Below the pieces are notes generated by a model. It saw only the letters and a program-made list of their open reading frames with translations. It ran no database searches and had not been told where the DNA came from. Shown here piece by piece: positions 55,231 to 64,000 of a DNA stretch of 64,000 bases. A program made the translations under genes and the position numbers. Positions within the stretch are counted from its first letter, which is position 1. Each line of letters begins with the position of its first letter. Source of the stretch: Eledone cirrhosa (Eukaryota); the NCBI GenBank assembly GCA_964016885.1, contig OZ024749.1, positions 42,098,001 through 42,162,000 of the forward strand. The letters are read 5' to 3'.

Positions 55231-56790
55231 CGGGTACATTATATAAGGAGGAACAACAGTAGCTCTGACACACTGGGTACATTATGTAAGGGGAGACAGT
55301 GGTAACTGACACACTGGGTACATTATGTAAGGGGAGACAGTGGTAACTGACACACTGGGTACATTATATATGGAGGGATAGTGGTAACTGACATACAGGG
55401 TACATTATGTAAGGGGGGACAGTGGTAACTGACATACAGGGTACATTATGTAAGGGGAGACAGTGGTAACTGATACACTGGGTACATTATATGAGGAGGG
55501 ATAGTGGTAACTGACATACAGGGTACATTATGTAAGGGGGGACAGTGGTAACTGATACACTGGGTACATTATATAAGGAGGGATAGTGGTAACTGACATA
55601 CAGGGTACATTATGTAAGGGGGGACAGTGGTAACTGACACACTGGGTACATTATATATGGAGGGATAGTGGTAACTGACATACAGGGTACATTATGTAAG
55701 GGGAGACAGTGGTAACTGACACACTGGGTACATTATATAAGGAGGGACAGTGGTAACTGACACACTGGGTACATTATGTAATAGGAGACAGTGGTAACTG
55801 ACACACTGGGTACATTATATAAGGAGGGATAGTGGTAACTAACATACAGGGTACATTATGTAAGGGGGGACAGTGGTAACTGACATACAGGGTACATTAT
55901 GTAAGGGGGGACAGTGGTAACTGACACACTGGGTACATTATATATGGAGGGATAGTGGTAACTGACATACAGGGTACATTATGTAAGGGGAGACAGTGGT
56001 AACTGACACACTGGGTACATTATATAAGGAGGGACAGTGGTAACTGACACACTGGGTACATTATGTAATAGGAGACAGTGGTAACTGACACACTGGGTAC
56101 ATTATATAAGGAGGGATAGTGGTAACTAACATACAGGGTACATTATGTAAGGGGGGACAGTGGTAACTGACATACAGGGTACATTATGTAAGGGGGGACA
56201 GTGGTAACTGACATACAGGGTACATTATGTAAGGGGGGACAGTGGTAACTGATACACTGGGTACATTATATAAGGAGGGATAGTGGTAACTGACATACAG
56301 GGTACATTATGTAAGGGGGGACAGTGGTAACTGACACACTGGGTACATTATATAAGGAGGGACAGTGGTAACTGACACACTGGGTACATTATGTAAGTGG
56401 GGGACAGTGGTAACTGACACACTGGGTACATTATGTAAGGGAGGACAGTGGTAACTGATACACTGGGTACATTATATAAGGAGGGATAGTGGTAACTGAC
56501 ATACAGGGTACATTATGTAAGGGGGGGGACAGTGGTAACTGACATACAGGGTACATTATGTAAGGGGGGGGACAGTGGTAACTGACATACAGGGTACATT
56601 ATGTAAGGGGGGGACATTGGTAACTGACATACAGGGTACATTATGTAAGGGGGGGACAGTGGTAACTGACATACAGGGTACATTATGTAAGGGGGGGGGG
56701 GGGGGGCAGTGGTAACTATGACACAGGGTTCATTTCACTTGGGTACATTATGTAAGCAGAGACAGCAGTATCTGACACACAGGGTACATT
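55231..56790. repeat. 41-bp minisatellite, ~38 copies
   Basis: gggtacattatgtaaggggagacagtggtaactgacacact; GGGTAC recurs at 55275, 55316, etc. Confidence 0.95.
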
Positions 56791-57075
56791 ATATAAAGAG
56801 AACTAACAGAAAAATAAACATACATGTACATACAAACGTACATGTGGGGACACATGGACATACAAATACTCAGGTACACATACAACTCATGCATACATTC
56901 ACACACAAATACATTTACACATAGGCACACATACAAACAAACCTATACATACACACACACACACACACATACATACATACATACATACAAACACATATAT
57001 ACATTGGCACACAAACCAGCTTATATATACACACACAAACAGAAACATATGTAAAGTTACATGTCCACACACACA

Positions 57076-57106
<31 letters not shown>

Positions 57107-57286
57107 GGTACAATAAGTGCAGGAATGCCTAAAAGTGCATCTGCATACAAACAATCGTTAATTAAACATTGGAGTCATATCTGTGTGTGGTCTAAGCACT
57201 CAGATATTTAAATAGTAAGGACATGCAAAGATATATATGTGCATGTGTGTATGTATGTATGTATGCATATATAACACATACATATG

Positions 57287-57332
<46 letters not shown>

Positions 57333-58365
57333 ATATAACACACACACACACACGCATATATATATATACACATACACACACACTTTAGTGTGAGTGAGGG
57401 GGGGGGGTGCACACAGATGTGTGTGTGTGTAAAATGGAGGTGTGACTTATCCACCAGTGCAACTTATACATGGTTGTATATATGGTACATTGTAAATGTA
57501 TGTAAAATGGAAATGTGACATATATATGAGTGTATATATAATACATTGTAAATGCATGTAAAATGGAAGTGTAATTTATGTACTAGTGTGACATATATAC
57601 ATATATATATATATAGTTACAATATATATATATGAATGTATATATTAATACATAGTAAATACATGTAAAATGGAGGGGTGACATGGCTACTGGTGCGACT
57701 TATACACGAGTACATATAATATCTTAGCTCTTGGAGAACTAGAGACCAATTAAATAAGAACCAGGCTGAGGTCGAATAAAATTGACTAAAAAAAGCCTTT
57801 GAAGGCAATGCTGCAGCATGGCCACAGTTTAAGGACTGAAACTAGTAAAAGAATAAAAGAAACTGTATAGTGAAGTTCACATAAAAATGTGTGTGAGTGT
57901 GTGTGTATATAATTATATAATGTGTATGTGTGTCCTAAGGTAGAGCATACAAATGTGTTTATGTGTGTGTGTATTTTTGTCTAGATGTTGGGAATACAAG
58001 TTTGAGTGTGTGTGGAATGTTATAACATGTGTGTCTGAATACAGGGAGTACAAATGTGTATGTGTGTGTAATTATATTATAGCATGTGTGTGTGTGTGTG
58101 TGTGACCTAATGTAAGATATACAAATACATGCATGTATGTGTACCTGTGTGTGTGGGTGTGTGTGTGTAATATTATAGAATATGTATGTGTGTCCAAATG
58201 CAGGGTGTTCAAAGATGTGTGTGTGTATTATGTATGTGTGTGTATTGTGTGAGTGTGCTGTGTGGGAAACTGAGTATACGTTATGTAAAAAACTGAGTGT
58301 GAGTGTGTGTGCGCCGTGTAAAAAGCTGAGTGTGTGTGTATGATGAAGATAGAACCAAGAGAGAG

Positions 58366-58402
<37 letters not shown>

Positions 58403-60162
58403 AAGTATGTTTTTTATGTGCAAAAATGCATATGTTGTGCAGTGGTGCATGTGTATGTTGTGTTATGTGTGTTTACATTTTAGGAATGTGTGTACTTGTG
58501 TACATAAAATACTATTGTATATATGTGCGCGTGTGCAAGTGATTGTGTGAATGTATATGTGCGTGCATGTATATGAGTGTGTGCGTGTATGTGTGTGTGT
58601 GTGAGTATATATGTGTGCGTGTATGTGTGAGTGTGCGTGTACGTGAGTGTATACGTGTGTGAGTGTGTGTGTGTGAGTGTATACGTGTGTGAGTGTGTGT
58701 GTGTAAGTGAGTGTATACGTGTGTGTGTGTGTACGTGAGTGTATACGTGTGTGAGTGTGTGTGTGTGTACGTGAGTGTATACGTGTGTGAGTGCATGCAT
58801 GCATTATAGGAATGTCAGATGGAAAGAGTTATTACAAATGTGTACTGAGACAATTGAAGTGTGCGTGTGTGTGTGTGTGTGTAGGTGCGTATGTATGTAG
58901 AGTGTTTATGTGTGCGAGTGTATATGTGTAAGTGCGTATGTAGAGTGTGTATGTAAAGTGTATGTGTGTGAGTGTATGTATAGAGTGTATGTGTGTGTAT
59001 GTGTGTGTGTGGGTGTATGTAGAATGTATGTGTGTATGTAGTGTGTATGTGTGAGTCTGTATGTAGAGTGTATGTGAGTGAGTGTGTATGTGTATGTATG
59101 TAGAGCGTGTGTGTGTAAAATGTGTAAGAGCGTATGTAAAGTGTGTGAGTGTATGTGTATACGTATGCAGAGTGTGTGTGTGTCTTTATGCATGTAGAGC
59201 GTGTGTGAACATGTGTAGTGAGTACGTAGTGTGTGTGTGTGTGTGTACGAATGTGTATGTCCGCGTGTACATCAAAGGAAGGAGGAGGTGTAGAGAGTGT
59301 CATGAGTGAGGAAGGGGAGGAGGAGAGCTGTGAGCCAGACATGAATCATAATCACAGGGAGATTAGTGTAGGGGAGGGAGAGGGTAACTGTTAGAGCAGT
59401 GTAATGGTGGCGGTGCTGGAGATGATAGAGATGGTAGTGGCGGCGGTGGTGGTGGTGGTGGTGGTGTGTTGATAGTAGTGATAGCGTTGATGGTGGAGGT
59501 GCTAGTAGTGATAGCGTTGATGGTGGAGGTGCTAGTATTGATAGCGGTGATGGCGGTGGTGGAGGTGCTAGTATTCATAGCGGTGATGGCGGTGGTGGAG
59601 ATGGTATTGGTGTTGATAGAGGTGGTGGTGATAGTGGCAGTGGCGGTGTTGGTATTGATAGAGGTGGCGGTGTTGGTATTGATAGAGGTGGCGAAGTTGG
59701 TATTGATAGAGGTGGCGGAGTTGGTATTGATAGAGATGGCAGTGGTGGTGACGTTTGTGGTGATAGTGGCAGTGGTGGTGGTGTTGGTGTTGATAGCGAT
59801 GATGGTGGAGACAGTGGTGGTGATAGTGGTGGTGGAGACGTTTGTGGTGATAGTGTGTTGGTGGTGGTGGCGCTGGTGATGGTACTAGTAGTAGTAGGGG
59901 GTTGATAGTAGTGGTGGTGTTGTTGGCCGTCAGTGATGGTATTGGTGATGGTTTTCATTGGTAGTAGTGGTGACTATAGTGGCAATAGTAATTAATAGAA
60001 GTAATAGTGGAGATGATGGTGACAGTATAGTTTATAGTAGTAGTAGTGCAGGTGTTGGTGATAGCAGTACTAGTGGCGGTAGACTTGGGAGTGGTAATGT
60101 TAGTGATGGTGGTGGTGTCGTTAGTGTTTTTCCTGGTGTAGAACATAGTATGCTGTAGTTAC

Positions 60163-60189
<27 letters not shown>

Positions 60190-60194
<5 letters not shown>

Positions 60195-60295
60195 TGCATG
60201 CAAATACATTGAAATATATATATTTCAGACGTGTTTGCTGTATACATTGTCAACACACACATTTCCTTGAATAAGAGTACTCATATTCAAGGAAA

Positions 60296-60355
<60 letters not shown>

Positions 60356-60490
60356 TTCTGTAAGTTTCAATGTGGTGGTGATATGCAGTTGTACTCTTAT
60401 TCAAGGAAATGTGTGTGTGTTGACAATGTATACAACAAACACACGTCTGAAATATATATATTTCAATGTATTTGCATGCGTGTGTGTGTG
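60190..60490. repeat. Nested inverted repeat around a (TA)n tract
   Basis: Arms ~60190-60282 and ~60391-60490; inner palindrome 60254-60303 centred on GAGTACTC. Confidence 0.85.
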
Positions 60491-60939
60491 TATATCTGTG
60501 GGTGTACAGTGTGTGTGTGTGTGTGCGCGTGCGTGCGTGCACACGTCATTTGCATCCTAGTGTAATGCCCTGTAGCATGTTTGTGTTTGAGCGTACACAC
60601 ACACACACACAAGAACATTTGCATGTGTGTGTGTGTGCCGGTTTGTATGTGTGTGTGTGTGTGTGCTGGTTTGTAAGTGTAAGTGTATGTGTGTCTCCCT
60701 GTTCAGCCCTACTCAACCCACCACAATCAAGGTTCTCTCCTCTCCCTGACATAATACAACAGTAAGAGTGTACCTTGAAATTAGAAAATAATTCCCCAAT
60801 TTTATAGAAGAGAAGTGAGTAGAAGGGGGAGTTGAAGGGAATAGAGGGAAGGATATAGGGGGAAAAGGAAGACAAAGAAGAATACAAGAAAGAGAGGGGG
60901 GTAAATGAAAGGAGACAGCGGTGGTGTACTATTTTTATC

Positions 60940-61752
60940 ACTTAATATCCTGTCATGATTTACTGAAAATATCTAATAACTGGTTTGTCAATTCAAATGT
61001 TTATAGTATCTTTACTAGTGGACAGATTGTTGTGAATCGTTGCAGTATGAAAGACTTTAATTTTTAATGTGGTAGTCACAAACTGGTTTGTTAATTCAAA
61101 TGTTTATAGTATCATTACTAGTGGACAAATTTTTGTGAATCTTTGCAATATTAGAGTAAAGACTTTAATTTTTAATGTGATAGTCACAAACTTAAGTTTA
61201 GGGTTTTACCATAAATAAGTGGTGCATAAAAGTATTAATGTCCTTAGAAGTATGAACAGACTCATTAACTGCTTGATGATCAAAACCACAAGGATATAGC
61301 CTGAACATGGAAGAGCGGAACTCCCACGTTTGTCAATTTAAATGTTTATAGTATCTTTACTAGTGGACAGATTGTTGTGAATCTTTGCAGTATTAGAGTA
61401 AAGACTTTAATTTTTAATGGGAGTCACAAACTGGTTTGTTAATTCAAATGTTTATAGTATCATTACTAGTGGACAGATTGTGAATCTTTGTAGTATTAGA
61501 GTAAAGACTTTAATTTTTAATGTTAAACAATCACAAACTGGTTTCTCAATTCAAATGTTTATAGTACCTTTACTAGTGGATAGATTGTTGTGAATCTTTG
61601 CAATATTAGAGTAAAGACTTTAATTTTTAATGTGATAGAGTCACAGTTTGAAATAAAAACTTGAAATTAATGTGACACAATCATAGTGCTGTTGTGTACT
61701 TAGAAGAATGTCTTCCATATGTGGCTTCATGTGAAAGAGAATGTTAATAGTT
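60940..61752 (-). mobile_element. TTAA-type MITE (23432 family) with ~5 internal ~105-bp tandem duplications
   Basis: Starts cttaatatcctg; repeated ttcaaatgtttatagtatctttactagtggacagattgttgtgaatc..taaagactttaatttttaatg is the reverse complement of the 23432/2243 interior. Confidence 0.7.
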
Positions 61753-61852
61753 AAAACTTTTGATATCAAACTAAGTAAAACCACCCATAGTTTTACACTA
61801 CAAAGCTGTTTATTTTAAAGTGTTTATATTTATCTAAAAGCCTTCCATCATT

Positions 61853-62036
61853 TGGATTGGCAGTATTGGTCGAGGGTTGGATGCCATGCTTTCTAGCATA
61901 GTTACATCCCTTCACGGTCTGAGTTCAAATCCTGTCGAGGTTAACTTTGTCTTTCATCCTTACGGGGTCGATAAAATAAAGTACCAGTAATGCACTGGGT
62001 AATTGCTGGCCTTGTGTCAAAAGTAGAAACAATTAT
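61853..62036 (+). mobile_element. Near full-length family A SINE
   Basis: tggcagtattgg (A box) ... gagttcaaatcc (B box) ... aaagtagaaacaattatt. Confidence 0.85.
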
Positions 62037-62562
62037 TTTATGTATCTTTGTTAAATTCCAAGCATAAATTAAATAATGATAAAGTGATAAAGTTAATTAT
62101 ATGACTAAATCTGTCCAAATTCTTGAATATTTTAAAAATTATTTTAAAATCATAGGCAGTGTTTTTCATTAGAAATATGGTAACAAAAGTGTTAAAGTGT
62201 TTATATTTATCTAAACATCTTCCATCATATTCCTTTTTTACAAGAACTTTTTAAGTTATGCTCCAAATACTAGATAAATAATTGTTTCTACCTTTGGCAG
62301 AAGGCCAGCAATTACTGGTACTTTATTTTATCAACCACATAAGGATGAAAGGCAAAGCTAACCTCGGCAGGATTTGAACTCAGAACGTAAAGGGCCATAA
62401 CTCTATACTGCAAAGCATGGTGTCTGACGCTCTACCGATACTGCCAATCCACTGCCTTTATTAAATGAATGATGATTTCTAAGTTAGGCACAATGCCAGC
62501 AATATATGGGCGGAGGGGAAAGTCAATTATATTGACCCTAGTACTTGACTGGTACTTTATAT

Positions 62563-62801
62563 CAGGCATGTCAAACTGAGGATCTCTCGAGGGACACATG
62601 GGTCACATATGTGTTGTCTGGGGGCCACACATGACAACTAATTGCACATATTACAACTAATATTTTTTTAATTTTATATTACGCTCGCGCTGTAAAAAAC
62701 CTTTATGCAGGCCGCAGGTGTGCTTGTAAAGGGTCACATGTGCTTGTAAAGGGCCTCAGGTGTGCTTGTAAAGGGCCTCATGTTTGACATTGACATGCCT
62801 G
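62563..62801. mobile_element. hAT-type MITE inserted into a SINE
   Basis: TIR CAGGCATGTCAA / TTGACATGCCTG with a perfect 8-bp TSD CTTTATAT at 62555-62562 and 62802-62809. Confidence 0.9.
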
Positions 62802-63116
62802 CTTTATATTATCACTTTCAAAACTGACACCTCAACAGGATTTGAACTAAGAACAAATACCATAAAGCTTACTGTCCAACTGACAATTCTCTCAATCTAC
62901 CTAACAATAGAAATATATTAATGAAAAAGTTAAATAGAGGAAATGATTCATAACAAAGAGGGAATGATATTTTTTTGGGTTGAGACATGTTTAATAGTGA
63001 GAAAAACATATTTTGATGATGATATGACATGATAATAGAGAATTATATTGTTTACCTTGAGATTACGCCCTTTAGACATGTATGAGGGTGTGTACATATC
63101 TTGGTGTTATACACGC

Positions 63117-63149
<33 letters not shown>

Positions 63150-63291
63150 ATTTAAAGGTTAAACAAGGTTCAATGAATAAATCAAAGAATGAGTTTTACA
63201 ATAGATTGGAAGCACTCAACAGAATGGTTTTCCGGAGTTATTAATATTAATTCAAAATATTAACAAAAATAGACATTCGTGTGATCAACTA

Positions 63292-63358
63292 TATTTTATT
63301 ATACATATTTCAGAGGTACTGAGCTATCTTCAACAGTACGTTCTCATCAGATAAAATA
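63292..63358 (-). ncRNA. Type I hammerhead ribozyme (left arm)
   Basis: Minus strand: UAUUUUAU-CUGAUGA-gaacGUACUG...CAGUACcucu-GAAA-UAUGUA-UA-AUAAAAUA. Confidence 0.75.
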
Positions 63359-63490
63359 AGATGATGCATGACATACCTTGACATAGTAGATGGTTAAGAT
63401 TCAGTCACTACCATGACTGAATCTTAACCATCTGTTTACCATGACTGAATCTTAACCATCTACTATGTCAGGGTATGTCATGCATCATCT

Positions 63491-63557
63491 TATTTTATCT
63501 GATGAGGACGTACTGTTGAAGATAGCTCAGTACCTCTGAAATATGTATAATAAAATA
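63491..63557 (+). ncRNA. Type I hammerhead ribozyme (right arm), intact core
   Basis: Stem I UAUUUUAU/AUAAAAUA (8 bp), CUGAUGA 63499-63505, stem II 9 of 10 pairs with a 12-nt loop, GAAA 63538-63541, minimal near-palindromic stem III, AUA cleavage after 63549. Confidence 0.8.
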
Positions 63558-63598
63558 TACTTGATCACACGAATGTCTATTTTTGTTAATATTTTGAA

Positions 63599-63649
<51 letters not shown>

Positions 63650-63961
63650 ATGTATGTGTGTATGTATGTATGTATGTGTGCATATGTGTGTGTGCGTATA
63701 TATGTGTGTGTGCGTGTATATATATAGTTGAATCATTTTAACAATACCTACTTAACAATTCTCATAACAGTGCTGTATGTATGTGTGTGTGTGTGTATGG
63801 TATGCAGGTATGTATATATATATATATACACACCCAGATTATATATATATATATAAACACACATACATACATGTAAAGACACATACATGTGCGTCCATCC
63901 CATATCAGCATGGAAAAACAGATTAGATAATGATGATGATGATATGTGCGTGAGTGGGTGT

Positions 63962-64000
<39 letters not shown>

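Larger units (their letters stand above)
63150..63605 (-). mobile_element. Large palindromic Penelope-like pLTR element with two hammerheads, in (TA)n
   Basis: ~165-bp near-perfect arms (63244-63410 / 63441-63605), a 28-bp duplication at the centre, and an unpaired tail 63243-63150 carrying ACTCcggaaaaccattctgttGAGTgctt. Confidence 0.75.

Noticed and set aside
55231-56790. CRISPR-like regular arrays (also 15360-16195, 24555-24775)
   Set aside because: Head-to-tail units without unique spacers, no cas genes, eukaryotic context.

Overview
AT-rich, microsatellite-saturated eukaryotic DNA whose SINE and repeat content looks like an Octopus (octopod cephalopod) genome. Almost all ORFs in the supplied track are translations of simple repeats. 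The window is probably mostly intronic: one 86-nt minus-strand exon (16284-16369, ...EANMPLENKPLPKEPDSKEEKKKMKVTK) resembles the N-terminus of a group I p21-activated kinase, and several short ATG+donor segments could be alternative first exons. The rest is tRNA-derived SINEs, RTE and CRE LINE relics, piggyBac-, hAT-, Tc1/mariner- and pogo-type MITEs, and many minisatellites, some amplified from transposon pieces. The most notable structure is a set of about a dozen short, mutually divergent elements inserted in (TA)n tracts. They share an architecture: a fold-back palindrome (seen in seven), often containing a type I hammerhead ribozyme (three distinct families plus a half-ribozyme), then a covarying RCTC...GAGY stem and a 40-90 nt tail. 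This resembles terminal-repeat (pLTR) remnants of Penelope-like retroelements or retrozyme-like non-autonomous elements that target (TA)n. All coordinates were read by eye; repeat boundaries are approximate.
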